A stretch of DNA of 64,000 nt from Nitrosotalea sp. (GCA_028580875.1 JAJSDS010000001.1:3295-67294); one strand, 5' to 3'. Shown: positions 22,767-33,465, counted from the stretch's first letter. Notes: a model not told the origin generated them from the letters alone. Made by a program: numbers and translations.

Positions 22767-23553
22767 GTTCCAAGACCTGCGGTCAAAGAACCAAAAGGCA
22801 TTGATAGCATATGTCATGGCAGGCTTTCCTACTGAGAAGGACACGATTTCTGCAGTAAGAGGGCTTGTAAAAGGCGGTGCGGATATAATTGAACTTGGGA
22901 TGCCATTTTCAGACCCGTTGGCAGACGGACCAGTGATTCAAAATGCAGGATTTCAAGCATTGCAAAAGGGCATGAATCTTGACAAGTTTATTTCAATAGT
23001 AAAAAAAATCCGCAAGGAGACAGAGATTCCGCTAGTCTTGATGACATATACCAACATCTTGTACAGACACGGTTATGCAAAGTTCATAGCAATTGTAAAG
23101 AAAGCAGGAATTGACGGACTGATTTTGCCTGACATGTCAATTAACGAATCAAAGGAATTTTTGCAGGCAGCCAAGAAAAACAAGATGGATGTAATATTTT
23201 TGATCTCTCCAAATACTACACCAGAAAGAATCAAGAAAATTGCAGACTCGTCATCAGGTTTTCTGTATCTGGTGTCAGTGTTTGGGACAACAGGTGGACA
23301 GCAACAATTCCAAAACTATACAACTAACGCAATTAAAAATGCCAAAAAGATACTTGGTGGAAAAATTCCATTGGGAGTAGGGTTTGGAGTAAACAATCCA
23401 GATCAGGCAAGATTCATAATAAAATCTGGAGCAGACGCGATAATTGTAGGAAGTGCATTTTTGAGATTAATAGAGAGTACACCTCCAGAAAAGATCGAAA
23501 CCAAGATTGGATCGTTTGCAACCAGTCTAAAGAAAGCTACAATCACAGAATAA
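22747..23553 (+). CDS. trpA: Tryptophan synthase alpha chain
   Basis: [27 protein letters not shown]. Confidence 0.96.
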   Translation: MSRIKNKFQDLRSKNQKALIAYVMAGFPTEKDTISAVRGLVKGGADIIELGMPFSDPLADGPVIQNAGFQALQKGMNLDKFISIVKKIRKETEIPLVLMTYTNILYRHGYAKFIAIVKKAGIDGLILPDMSINESKEFLQAAKKNKMDVIFLISPNTTPERIKKIADSSSGFLYLVSVFGTTGGQQQFQNYTTNAIKNAKKILGGKIPLGVGFGVNNPDQARFIIKSGADAIIVGSAFLRLIESTPPEKIETKIGSFATSLKKATITE

Positions 23554-23578
23554 GAAATAAAAGGATCTCAAATCCATC

Positions 23579-25195
23579 ATGGATATGCAGACAGAATCTA
23601 CAAAATACATTTTTGTGACAGGCGGAGTCATGTCTGGCCTTGGAAAAGGTGTTGTTTCATCATCTGTTGCAAAGTTATTACAGCTTTCTAATCAAAAAGT
23701 TTCTTGTGTAAAATTTGATCCATACCTGAACTATGATGCAGGCACCATGAATCCTATTGCCCACGGCGAGGTCTATGTCACAGAAGACGGAGGAGAATGC
23801 GACATGGACATTGGAAACTATGAGAGATTCCTAAACCAGAACATGCTAAAGACTCACAATATCACTACTGCTCAAATTTATTCTAGCGTTATCGAGGCAG
23901 AAAGACGTGGAGAGTACCTGGGTGCATGCGTGCAGATAATTCCCCATGTTACAGATGAAATCAAGAACAGGATCAGAAAGATAGTCAAAAGTGAGAACCT
24001 TGACATGCTGGTAATAGAGTGTGGTGGGACAGTTGGTGACATTGAGAGCTTGCCATTTCTTGAGGCGTTAAGACAGATGAGACTGGAGGAGGGTCCAGAA
24101 AATGTAATTTTCATTCATGTCACACTTGCACCATCACTTGCTGTGGTAGGAGAACAAAAGACAAAGCCCACTCAGCATAGTGTTCAGGAATTAAGAAGAA
24201 TTGGTATCCAACCAGATTTGCTTGCTGTAAGATGTACAAGACCACTAGAGATTGCAACACGAAAAAAGATTTCATTATTTACAAACGTCTCAGAGCGTGA
24301 CGTGTTTTCATGTCATGATGCAGAATCAATACTGCTAGTACCGCAGATGTTGTACGACCAAGGAATAGTTGATGTGATATTCAAAAAGTTTGGTAAGGTC
24401 GGAATGGTAAACACATCTGCAAACTGGGACAAGTGGAATGCAATCATAAATTCCTTTGAAAATCTCAAAGAATCTGTAAGGATTGCAATGATTGGAAAAT
24501 ATGTAAAACTTGCAGACAGTTACGTGAGTGTAAATCATGCACTAAAGCATGCAGGTGCCAAGCTTGGCAAAAATGTAATAATTGACTGGATTGATTCTGA
24601 AGAGCTAAACGGAGATTTGAGCAAGCTTGCGTCATACAATGGGATAATTGTTCCAGGCGGATTCGGTGACAGGGGCGCAGAAGGAATAATCAGTACTGCA
24701 AACTATGCAAGAGAGAAGAACATACCATATCTTGGAATCTGTTTTGGTTTCCAGCTTGCGGCAGTTGCATTTGGAAGACATGTTTGCGGATTGACAAATG
24801 CCAACTCTACAGAGATTGCACCAAGCACTGAAAACCCTGTGATTGATCTACTGCCTGAGCAAAAAACAGTTGCAAATCTAGGAGGTTCTCTGCGCTTGGG
24901 AGCTCACGAGATTACAGTTGAGGAAAATACAATGGCATTCAAGTTGTACAAATCAACCAAGATTCACAAAAGGCACAGGCACAGATTTGAGTTCAACCAG
25001 AAATATTTGGATGTGTTCACATCAAAGGGCATGAGGTTTTCAGGGTATAGTGATAACAAAAAGCGCATGGAAGTCTTGGAGATTCCAAATCATAAATTCT
25101 ATCTCGGAGTACAATACCATCCAGAGTTTAGTAGTAGGCCAGGATATCCCGAAGAATCCTTTGAGGCATTCATACGTGCTTCAGCAAACGCCTAG
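23579..25195 (+). CDS. pyrG: CTP synthase
   Basis: [44 protein letters not shown]. Confidence 0.96.
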   Translation: MDMQTESTKYIFVTGGVMSGLGKGVVSSSVAKLLQLSNQKVSCVKFDPYLNYDAGTMNPIAHGEVYVTEDGGECDMDIGNYERFLNQNMLKTHNITTAQIYSSVIEAERRGEYLGACVQIIPHVTDEIKNRIRKIVKSENLDMLVIECGGTVGDIESLPFLEALRQMRLEEGPENVIFIHVTLAPSLAVVGEQKTKPTQHSVQELRRIGIQPDLLAVRCTRPLEIATRKKISLFTNVSERDVFSCHDAESILLVPQMLYDQGIVDVIFKKFGKVGMVNTSANWDKWNAIINSFENLKESVRIAMIGKYVKLADSYVSVNHALKHAGAKLGKNVIIDWIDSEELNGDLSKLASYNGIIVPGGFGDRGAEGIISTANYAREKNIPYLGICFGFQLAAVAFGRHVCGLTNANSTEIAPSTENPVIDLLPEQKTVANLGGSLRLGAHEITVEENTMAFKLYKSTKIHKRHRHRFEFNQKYLDVFTSKGMRFSGYSDNKKRMEVLEIPNHKFYLGVQYHPEFSSRPGYPEESFEAFIRASANA

Positions 25196-26190
25196 GATGA
25201 TTTTGGAATTTCATAAATTCGTTGTCTAGTATCACGCAGTGAGACTCTTCTTTTCACATATCCCTTTTCAAGTAGGTGACTCAATGCAAGCCTGACTGTT
25301 CTATCAGGGAGTAATGTCTTTTCAGCCAACTCTTTTTGTGTAAGCGAGCCCTCATATTCCAAAGTTTTAAGCAACAACTTTGAGCTTGGAGGCATGTTCA
25401 AAAGCTCGTCTGCGAGTTTTACCTTTTTGGCAAGTGCAGAGACTGTAGTAGAGTCTTTTTTCATTCGAATAACATTTGCAGGCTGGGAGAATTTTGTACA
25501 TACGAGTGTTTTGTCAATTTTGAATCTGTCTTTACCATCAATTACAACTTCGCAACGCAAGCTCGATGAGATGTCATCTATTTCTATCAAAGCATCCTCT
25601 GGGACAATTAGTGGACGTCTTGTAATATCAAGTGAGTTTACTGATACAATACAAAAGACTTTGGAGTTTTGATATATTGTAGGACCTCCTGCAGACATGG
25701 AATATGCTGATGAGCCAATTGGCGTAGATACAATCAGTCCATCACTGCTGTCATGCCATAGTTCTTCCCCGTTTACCCTCAATACATGCTCTACTAGTAT
25801 GGCACTCTTTGAGGAAAATATTGCAACATCATTTAGTGCGGGATAAATTTGTCTTCCATCAATTTTCACTCCAACTCGTGGCAGTGCCTCTATTGAAAAA
25901 TCACCTTTTTTTAGTCTGTTAAGATATATCGGAAATTGCTTTAGATCAGTCTGGGCCAGAAATCCACTAGACTCGTATTCGTTTATTCCAAGAACCGGGA
26001 TTGCAGAAGTTGTAACATGATGGAAATATTTTCTTACTCCACGGTCTCCCCCTGTTACGATTACATAGTCAATGTCTTTTCCAAGTGGTTTTTTCCCTAG
26101 ATTTACAGACTCGATGCCATGGCTTTCAAGCGAATGCTTGACTGATTTTACAGTCTGTTCCTGGTCTTGACTGTATATTGCGACCTTCAC
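25192..26190 (-). CDS. NAD kinase-like protein with C-terminal winged HTH
   Basis: PVLGIN, ALND, DGLIVSTPIGSSAYSMSAGGP; C-terminal TQKELAEKTLLPDRTVRLAL HTH. Confidence 0.85.
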   Translation of the reverse strand: MKVAIYSQDQEQTVKSVKHSLESHGIESVNLGKKPLGKDIDYVIVTGGDRGVRKYFHHVTTSAIPVLGINEYESSGFLAQTDLKQFPIYLNRLKKGDFSIEALPRVGVKIDGRQIYPALNDVAIFSSKSAILVEHVLRVNGEELWHDSSDGLIVSTPIGSSAYSMSAGGPTIYQNSKVFCIVSVNSLDITRRPLIVPEDALIEIDDISSSLRCEVVIDGKDRFKIDKTLVCTKFSQPANVIRMKKDSTTVSALAKKVKLADELLNMPPSSKLLLKTLEYEGSLTQKELAEKTLLPDRTVRLALSHLLEKGYVKRRVSLRDTRQRIYEIPKSS

Positions 26191-26220
26191 AGACTAGATT
26201 CACCCTCACACAATAAAAGC

Positions 26221-27096
26221 TTAGACACTTGAGAACTGCATCAGATTGTAAAGATATGCTGCGTTTCTTTCAGTATCACCACCTGCTGGGACCTTGTTAA
26301 GACCTGTTGCGCCAGATTCAAGTGCTGCCTGTGCAGCACCTACTGCAAAACAGATTGCCCAGATAGGATCTTTTTCTTTGAGATAAGAGCAAATAAATGA
26401 TGCACAAAATATATCGCCAACTCCGGTTGTGTCATTTATTTTCATGTTAGGAATTTTCAGGTGATACATCCTATCTTTTACAAGCATTGTTATGTTTTGT
26501 TTGTTGGTATACAGCACGTGCTTGACACCTTTTTTTTGCAATGCAATCATTGCTTCTTTTTCTTTTAGCCCTGTAAGATAAAACGCCTCATCTGGGTCTG
26601 ACTTGATTGCAGTTATTTTGGACAAATCAAGATTAGTTTTTTCAAGAAATACCTTGTTGTCAGGTGCAGTTCTTCGAAGATATCCTTGAGGATCAAGCAA
26701 TGTAAAATCAAAGTTTTCTTTTATGTTATCTAGAGTATCTTCTGATATTTCATCAAAGACCGGGCTAACAATTGCGCCATCTGCATCAGATTTTATTGAT
26801 TCAATTGGATCACATCTTGTTTTAAGATAAAGATCACGTTCTGTTCCAAATATATTCAGAGCAAACCTTGTTGTTGGTTTTTCAGATATGGAACTCTGTG
26901 GGAGAAAAATTCCTTTTGTCTCTAGTTCTGACTTGAATGTAAAATCTGCACCGGCTTTTGTATGAAGGTCAATTTCAAACTTCATGTTTTTTGCAGTCAG
27001 TCCGCAATAGCATGCAGGACCTCCAGCTGTTTCAACTGTAGTACCGTTTTGTGTTATTTCATCAATTGTACAGTGTGAAAAAATTGCAACCTTCAT
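26221..27096 (-). CDS. PfkB/ribokinase-family kinase
   Basis: AGGPA N-terminal and DTTGVGDIF C-terminal PfkB signatures. Confidence 0.88.
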   Translation of the reverse strand: MKVAIFSHCTIDEITQNGTTVETAGGPACYCGLTAKNMKFEIDLHTKAGADFTFKSELETKGIFLPQSSISEKPTTRFALNIFGTERDLYLKTRCDPIESIKSDADGAIVSPVFDEISEDTLDNIKENFDFTLLDPQGYLRRTAPDNKVFLEKTNLDLSKITAIKSDPDEAFYLTGLKEKEAMIALQKKGVKHVLYTNKQNITMLVKDRMYHLKIPNMKINDTTGVGDIFCASFICSYLKEKDPIWAICFAVGAAQAALESGATGLNKVPAGGDTERNAAYLYNLMQFSSV

Positions 27097-27122
27097 TTGA
27101 TTTTATGCTAATACCTTTCCAT

Positions 27123-27227
27123 TTAGTCCTTTTTCTGACCCTTCAGGCAGGTTTGGCATATTGTCTTGCCTTTATCTACTACAATCTCTACGTTTGAGCT
27201 AAGGCAAATACTGCAAAGGCCTCGCAT
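27123..27227 (-). CDS. 34-aa CxxC-CxxC zinc-finger microprotein (not in ORF track)
   Basis: Hand translation MRGLCSICLSSNVEIVVDKGKTICQTCLKGQKKD*; AT-rich promoter-like sequence upstream; co-oriented with the PfkB gene. Confidence 0.7.
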   Translation of the reverse strand: MRGLCSICLSSNVEIVVDKGKTICQTCLKGQKKD

Positions 27228-27431
27228 GTTTGATTTTAAAATAATATTAAATTTAAATTTTAATCAGTATTTTTACGTCAAACCAAGGATCTGACATTTA
27301 TCCATCAGACTAATTTTGATCTCAAACAAGAAAGTTGACACAAATTCAAGCATTCGTTCCATCAGAACGCCAATTTGGCAAGAACTTGGTCGGTCAAATA
27401 TCGTTATAAAGAGGCTCTATACAGGTAAAAC

Positions 27432-27719
27432 ATGCCACTAAAGCGTGCAAGTCGTGGACGAAAGAAGGGAGGAAAGGGTTCCTCGGATCGTATCCAGTGT
27501 ACAAACTGCGGTGCAACCGTACCACGAGACAAGGCAAAGAAAGTCACATCTAGGCTAAACCTAGTAGAGCACACTTTGGCAAAAGAACTAAGAGCCCAAG
27601 GCGCATACATTGCAGCACCAACTGTACTAAAATGGTACTGTATCTCATGTGCAATTCACTTTGGAATTCTAAAAATTAGATCAGCTGATTCAAGACGTCA
27701 GACTGGCAGACTAAGATAG
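27432..27719 (+). CDS. rps26e: 30S ribosomal protein S26e
   Basis: KRASRGR, CTNC..VPRDKA, YCISCAIH. Confidence 0.95.
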   Translation: MPLKRASRGRKKGGKGSSDRIQCTNCGATVPRDKAKKVTSRLNLVEHTLAKELRAQGAYIAAPTVLKWYCISCAIHFGILKIRSADSRRQTGRLR

Positions 27720-27720
27720 T

Positions 27721-28293
27721 CTAGTCCTTTATTCCATGAGCTGTTGTTATTATTCTCTGAACAAATGTTATTCCAGCAATTATTGCAACAATGACTACAG
27801 CATAATTTAGAAATCCAATCATTCCAATGATTGCAATTACAAGCAATCTCTCTGCTCGCTCTCCGATTCCAATTCCCTGTAGCTGTACTCCAAGAGATTC
27901 AGCCCTTGCTCTTGTGTAGCTTACAAGCAAAGATAGTCCTATTGCTAATAATACAAGATATCCTTGGGAATATCCACCAATTAAAATTCCAAGAAATATT
28001 GCAACTTCTGCAATTTTATCAAAAACAGAATCAAGAAATGCACCTTTCTTTGATGACTTGCCGGTAATTCGGGCAACCTGGCCATCAACAACATCAAAGA
28101 ATCCAGAAACAAGAAGTAAGACCCCTCCCAAGATAAAAGAATAATCAAGATGAATTGCATATATGATTGCAGACGCAAATGCAAATGCCAGTCCTACTGC
28201 AGTCCAGAAATTTGCAGACAGTCCTGTAGCAGCAAAAACTTTGCCAATGTTTTGCAGAGTAGGTTTTAGCCTGTCCCTAAAGTTGTTTAGCAT
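27721..28293 (-). CDS. CDP-alcohol phosphatidyltransferase (archaetidylinositol-phosphate synthase-like)
   Basis: DVVDGQVAR..GAFLDSVFD signature; YTRARAE, ERAERL. Confidence 0.9.
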   Translation of the reverse strand: MLNNFRDRLKPTLQNIGKVFAATGLSANFWTAVGLAFAFASAIIYAIHLDYSFILGGVLLLVSGFFDVVDGQVARITGKSSKKGAFLDSVFDKIAEVAIFLGILIGGYSQGYLVLLAIGLSLLVSYTRARAESLGVQLQGIGIGERAERLLVIAIIGMIGFLNYAVVIVAIIAGITFVQRIITTAHGIKD

Positions 28294-28428
28294 CTGATAC
28301 CAGCCACATATCTGACAATAATTTATACCATATATCTAAGACTGTTCTTGGCAAGATTTCAAGCCTTAAGACAACAAAAATCTGTTTTAACATTGAGAAA
28401 CATAGAATCGTTGCGTTAGTTGTAAATT

Positions 28429-28920
28429 TTAGGTGGCTTGCACATATGGTTGGTGATTCCACATCCCTCGTTCTTTAGTTGATACTAATTCCAGTATCCT
28501 ATTTTCTATGATGTTTCCTATTATACCTCCCAATAATGCGCCTACAAGTGTGGCTCCCAAGGCTGCTCTTGCATTCTTTGAAGAGGCACCTGCCACCAGA
28601 CCAACTCCACTTCCAGCAAGTACTCCTTCTACAGCCCTAGTCACAATCTTGTTTACAACTGCTTTTATGGCCGTAATTCCAACATCTAATAAAATCTTGT
28701 CCAGAGTTTCCACAAGTGCGGCGTGGTCACCATTTTCATATTTAATTGTCAAAGTAGGTTGGATCAAGTTTGGAAGTATTTCTATCTCAGTCATATTTAC
28801 ATCTCGGATGGTACAAATGTGCTTCATATTTTGTTTAACGTATTCTTTTAACAGGTTACAACGATCCTGTGACATAGCACCCGAATAATTATTACATTCT
28901 ATTCTCAGTTCATGTGTCAT
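28429..28920 (-). CDS. Hypothetical protein with glycine-zipper hairpin
   Basis: GVLAGSGVGLVAG..GATLVGALLGGIIG; overlaps the stop of the upstream gene. Confidence 0.65.
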   Translation of the reverse strand: MTHELRIECNNYSGAMSQDRCNLLKEYVKQNMKHICTIRDVNMTEIEILPNLIQPTLTIKYENGDHAALVETLDKILLDVGITAIKAVVNKIVTRAVEGVLAGSGVGLVAGASSKNARAALGATLVGALLGGIIGNIIENRILELVSTKERGMWNHQPYVQAT

Positions 28921-29570
28921 GTTCTAGCCCTCATAATGTGCAACTTCTGTTTGATCATCAACAGGCTCGGGGCAACTGGAATGGACGGTTGTTCGAATGA
29001 AGACATGATTTGTATTTCATTTATTCCACTTGAGGGTTTTAGCATAGTTTTCAATTCAGGATATAGTTCCAAGGCTCCTTTTGCAATATATTTGCCATCA
29101 GAAGTTAGATAGTATGTATGTTTTTTGGTTTTCCCCACATGTTCAGCGTCTACCAATTCACGTAGAACATTGTCTTCTGTAATGTTTATTGCAGAAGAGG
29201 TACCAAAGGCATTTTTTAAGAACAGATGTACTAAGACTTCTTCCTCTCTTGATGGAGTCGGATAGTGAGTTGTCTTTATTATCATGTTTTGAATATGTGG
29301 TGGATAAGATGTCATACCAGTTTTTTCTTTCATCCGTACTATAGTTAGTTTGTCAAATATTGAAACATCCAATGTTTTTCCAGAAACAAGTTCTGCATTA
29401 GATTCCAGAACCTCCAAGATCTTTTTCACAGTACGGAAATTCAAATGTGTCTCTTCAGACAATTTGTTTAGAGTATATGGTTCTCCGGTTTTTAGAACAT
29501 TAAGTGTATTTCTTACGGCGGTTACAAAATCGGTTCTTTTTCGCATGTAATCACTAGACATAATACGCAT
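28917..29570 (-). CDS. Hypothetical protein with HTH/wHTH domains
   Basis: YTLNKLSEETHLNFRTVKKILEVL HTH; YYLTSDGK wing-like motif; start may be ATG 29546. Confidence 0.65.
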   Translation of the reverse strand: MRIMSSDYMRKRTDFVTAVRNTLNVLKTGEPYTLNKLSEETHLNFRTVKKILEVLESNAELVSGKTLDVSIFDKLTIVRMKEKTGMTSYPPHIQNMIIKTTHYPTPSREEEVLVHLFLKNAFGTSSAINITEDNVLRELVDAEHVGKTKKHTYYLTSDGKYIAKGALELYPELKTMLKPSSGINEIQIMSSFEQPSIPVAPSLLMIKQKLHIMRART

Positions 29571-29600
29571 TTATAACTTACTGTATAGTTATACAATACA

Positions 29601-29912
29601 TTGGATCTTCAGCCATATGAGATAGCTGTCTTACTACAAATGTATGATGAGCGACTGATTGGCCATAGGGGGTATACTAGCCTACAAACTGTGCGAAGTA
29701 AGGTAAAATGGCAGAAAATCGCCTCCCACTATAAAATAAAAGAAAGTTTCGATACCATAGCAAGAAGATTGGTCAAACGCAAACTTTTGTCAGATGACGG
29801 CAAAAGCCTTGCAGTATTGTTTCTTGATAAATTGGGAGTAAGTTTTGCAATAGGATATCTCAAGGAAAATCCTGATGCTATGAAAGAATTGGAGGAGATC
29901 TTGAAAGGATAA
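29601..29912 (+). CDS. Hypothetical protein (possible wHTH)
   Basis: 103-aa ORF, TTG start, divergent from the HTH gene. Confidence 0.6.
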   Translation: MDLQPYEIAVLLQMYDERLIGHRGYTSLQTVRSKVKWQKIASHYKIKESFDTIARRLVKRKLLSDDGKSLAVLFLDKLGVSFAIGYLKENPDAMKELEEILKG

Positions 29913-30002
29913 AATGCCCTTATAACCATCTTTTCTTAATTACAAAAAATGACATTTTCATATATCAAAAAATCTGATATAATAGTGCGTTTTAGAACTC
30001 TC

Positions 30003-30215
30003 ATGGGCCTCATATCAAAAGGTGCAAAATGCAGTGTCACAGGCTGTGACAATGACGGTGTTCGTTCTCTTACCGCCTCAAAAGTAGATGGTACAGGGGT
30101 AGGTATACCACATGGTTTGAAAAAGGCAATCTTGTGCAAAGAACATTACAAAGAGTGGAAAAAGGCAACAAAAGAAGACCGGGACACAGAAAAAGCAAGA
30201 TTTGACCGATTCTAG
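30003..30215 (+). CDS. Small Zn-binding hypothetical protein
   Basis: CSVTGC ... LCKEHYKEWKK; ATG 30003. Confidence 0.7.
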   Translation: MGLISKGAKCSVTGCDNDGVRSLTASKVDGTGVGIPHGLKKAILCKEHYKEWKKATKEDRDTEKARFDRF

Positions 30216-30248
30216 ACTGATAACCACACATCTTATTGATTTTATTTT

Positions 30249-31316
30249 CTAGGTTCTTTTTTTGTTAAAGTATGCCTTGGACAGGTCTTCATAGTATTTT
30301 GGCAGTTTCTTGTACAGCCTCTTTGGTTTTCTTGGCTTTTCGTTGCTTAGAGCATAAAGACACAGTATTGGAAATGCAATTGTTGCATCTGTGTACACCA
30401 TGATTACATCTTCGTGGGCATCCTTTACTTTGCCCCAGCTCTTTCCTTCCTGTAATGTTGCACCAGAAAGACCACCAGTGTCAGGCCTTGCATCAGTGAT
30501 TTGGATTATGTAATTTTGTCCACCATGACCCAGTCCAAGTATTTGATCTAGCAGTGGACCTGTTTGCTGTGCAGTGTTTTTTGGTACACCACCACCAAGC
30601 TCCAATATTCCCGATTTTTTAGAATTGTACAAAATTGCAGCTTGTTCTATTATCTCCCTTACAAAGTCAAGGCTGTGAATTTTATTTGCAAGCCGTAGAG
30701 GAGCCAAGTCAAGTGCAAGTGACGAGTCTTTTAGCGTGGAAATATAGACTGGAACATCATAATCATATGCAGTTACAACAAAGCTTCGCTCTGGACTCTT
30801 GGAGTACTGTTTTGAATATTTCCCCATTGCGTTGCAGAATTCAGCAGTGGTAAACGGTTTGTCAAGCAGACTTTTTGTAAACATTTTCTGTACAATTTTA
30901 TCTTCAGCCTTTAGTGTTTCATCACCTTTGATGTAGACATCCCTAATTCGAACAATGTCTTTTTCATAAAGCACCATATCATCTACCTCAAAGTGTCCTT
31001 GCTTTACAGGAAGGTTCCATGCAAAATGGTCTTCATGGTATACATTTGCACCAGTAGATACAATCCAGTCAACAAAGCCACGTTCTATCAATGTCTTAAA
31101 CAGACCTCCAAAGCCAACCGGAGTCATTGCGCCAGCAACTGTGAGGCATATTGTTGCATCATCTTCAATCATTTTACAGTATAGTTTCGCTGCATCACCT
31201 AGTTGTCTTGCATTATAACCAGTACTTGCAAAAATGTCAACTAGATCATCAATACCCATGTTGGGTTTAATCTTCAGGTGAGGGATGTCTTTACCCTTGA
31301 AATTGTGATGATCCAC
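30249..31316 (-). CDS. Deoxyhypusine synthase-like / homospermidine biosynthesis protein
   Basis: AGAMTP, STGAN, GGGVPKN, TGGLSGATLQEGKSWGK; GTG start. Confidence 0.88.
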   Translation of the reverse strand: MDHHNFKGKDIPHLKIKPNMGIDDLVDIFASTGYNARQLGDAAKLYCKMIEDDATICLTVAGAMTPVGFGGLFKTLIERGFVDWIVSTGANVYHEDHFAWNLPVKQGHFEVDDMVLYEKDIVRIRDVYIKGDETLKAEDKIVQKMFTKSLLDKPFTTAEFCNAMGKYSKQYSKSPERSFVVTAYDYDVPVYISTLKDSSLALDLAPLRLANKIHSLDFVREIIEQAAILYNSKKSGILELGGGVPKNTAQQTGPLLDQILGLGHGGQNYIIQITDARPDTGGLSGATLQEGKSWGKVKDAHEDVIMVYTDATIAFPILCLYALSNEKPRKPKRLYKKLPKYYEDLSKAYFNKKRT

Positions 31317-31400
31317 GAACGACTAACTTATTTTTGGGTTAAATAAATACTTGCAAGGTTTTGCCATAACCAACATGGTACTACAAAAAATATAAAAAAT

Positions 31401-31520
31401 CTATTGTGCGATTTCTACTTTTCTTGCGTCGTGTCGGGAAATTTCTTTATGCATGTCAACATGTGACTTGTCCTTGAAAGTCAAATTGCATCTGTAACAA
31501 TGCCATGCTGTCATGCTCAT
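31401..31520 (-). CDS. 39-aa C2H2 zinc-finger microprotein (not in ORF track)
   Basis: Hand translation MSMTAWHCYRCNLTFKDKSHVDMHKEISRHDARKVEIAQ*; CxxC-x3-F-x8-H-x5-H; T-tract after the stop. Confidence 0.72.
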   Translation of the reverse strand: MSMTAWHCYRCNLTFKDKSHVDMHKEISRHDARKVEIAQ

Positions 31521-31690
31521 GGATTACATTACGTATTTTTTGTATATAAGACGTGTGCACAAATTGTTCATATCAATTCTACTAGATAATTTTTGGAAAA
31601 ATCATCTATTACAAATCACCACCAGATTCTGTAAAACCCAAAACCATTTTCCACATAGTATTTTAAGAAGAAACCAAAAGTTAGAGTCGG

Positions 31691-33463
31691 ATGCAAGTTT
31701 TCAAGGAAGAAAAATGGGATCTAAGCGAACTTGTCAAGGACCCCGAGTCACCACACTTTGAAAAACGCCTCAAAGTCATACAAAATGACGTCAAAAACTT
31801 TGAGAAAAACAAAAAGATTCTCAAGCCCACAATATCTGAGAGAAAATTCATGTCAATGCTCCATACTTTGGAGGACATCACAGAAGAGTTTGGCAGAGTT
31901 TCAGGCTATGCATCACTAGAATATTCATCAGACACCCAGTCAGACAAGGCAACATCCCTAGTTTCCAGGATGAGAAAGATGGGAGCTCAGCTTGAAAACC
32001 AGACCCTGTTTTTTGACCAATGGTGGAAGAAGCAGATTGACGAGAAAAATGCCCAGAGGCTGATGAAGTCATCTGGTGAATTGCACGAATTTCTACGATA
32101 CAAAAGGTTGCTTGCAAAATATTCCTTAACAGAGCCAGAAGAGAGGATAATCAATACTCTAGATGTCACTGGCCATTCTGCCCTAGTCAAGATATACGAC
32201 AAAATTACAAACGCGTTTACATTTGAGGTAAAAATCGACGGCAAGACAAAAAGGTACAACAGAGAAGAACTATCAGTACTAATCCGAAGCCCCAAGCCAA
32301 AGACAAGAGAGATTGCATACAAGGCATTATTGTCAGAGTTTGACAAAAACAAGGGCGTGCTAGGAGAAATCTACCAGAATATTGTCTCAAACTGGAAAGA
32401 CGAATGCATCAACATACGAGGATATTCATCTCCAATATCAGTTCGAAACATTGGAAACGACACAGACGACAAGACAGTAGAAGCACTACTTGCAGTCTGC
32501 AAGAAAAATGCAGATGTGTTTCGTAAGTTCTTTTTGCTAAAGGCAAAGATCCTAAAGATGAAAAAACTGCGAAGATATGACATTTATGCTCCAATCCAAA
32601 AAAGAGAGGAAAAAAAATACAACTATGATAAGGCAGTAAAGCTAGTTCTTGATACACTAAATGATTTCAGCCCGCAACTAAGTGAGTATGCAAGAAGAGT
32701 CTTTGTGCAAAGACATGTGGATTCGACCATCAGACCTGGAAAAAGAAGCGGAGCATTTTGCAGTACAATATCCCCCAAGATCACTCCATATGTCTTGGTA
32801 AACTTCAAGGGCAGGACAAATGATGTCTTCACACTAGCCCATGAGCTTGGACATGCAATACACAGTATCGCAGCATCTGGAAAATCAATATTCATAGCAG
32901 AAGCTCCACTACCACTAGCAGAGACTGCATCCACATTTTCTGAAATGCTATTGTTTAACAAGATTTTAGACCAGATATCAGATGACGAGCAGCAGTCAAT
33001 ATTGACAGAACACCTTGATGACATGTATGCGACAGTGGGCAGACAGGCATACTTTACACTCTTTGAGATTGCGGCTCATGAAAAGATTGGCAACGGTGCC
33101 ATGGTGCAAGATATCACATCAGAGTACATGAAGACGTTAAAGGACCAGTTTGGAAACTCGGTAGATGTAACGCCAGACTTTGGAACAGAGTGGACATGCA
33201 TCCCACACTTTTACCACTCTCCATTTTACTGCTATTCCTATTCTTTTGGCAATTTACTGTCTTTATCACTATACCAGAGATACAGAAAGGAGGGAAGATC
33301 ATTTGCTTCCACATATGTTGACATACTTGCAGCAGGCGGCTCCAAGAAACCAGAGGACTTGCTCAAGGAACATAGTATCGACATAACATCAGAGAGTTTC
33401 TGGCAAGAAGGTTTTGAATACATCAAGAACCAGACGGCAAGACTTGAGAAAGTAATTAATTAA
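31691..33463 (+). CDS. pepF: Oligoendopeptidase F (M3B)
   Basis: WDLS, GKRSGAFC, TLAHELGHAIH, AETAS, WxxIPHFY. Confidence 0.92.
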   Translation: MQVFKEEKWDLSELVKDPESPHFEKRLKVIQNDVKNFEKNKKILKPTISERKFMSMLHTLEDITEEFGRVSGYASLEYSSDTQSDKATSLVSRMRKMGAQLENQTLFFDQWWKKQIDEKNAQRLMKSSGELHEFLRYKRLLAKYSLTEPEERIINTLDVTGHSALVKIYDKITNAFTFEVKIDGKTKRYNREELSVLIRSPKPKTREIAYKALLSEFDKNKGVLGEIYQNIVSNWKDECINIRGYSSPISVRNIGNDTDDKTVEALLAVCKKNADVFRKFFLLKAKILKMKKLRRYDIYAPIQKREEKKYNYDKAVKLVLDTLNDFSPQLSEYARRVFVQRHVDSTIRPGKRSGAFCSTISPKITPYVLVNFKGRTNDVFTLAHELGHAIHSIAASGKSIFIAEAPLPLAETASTFSEMLLFNKILDQISDDEQQSILTEHLDDMYATVGRQAYFTLFEIAAHEKIGNGAMVQDITSEYMKTLKDQFGNSVDVTPDFGTEWTCIPHFYHSPFYCYSYSFGNLLSLSLYQRYRKEGRSFASTYVDILAAGGSKKPEDLLKEHSIDITSESFWQEGFEYIKNQTARLEKVIN

Positions 33464-33465
33464 AA

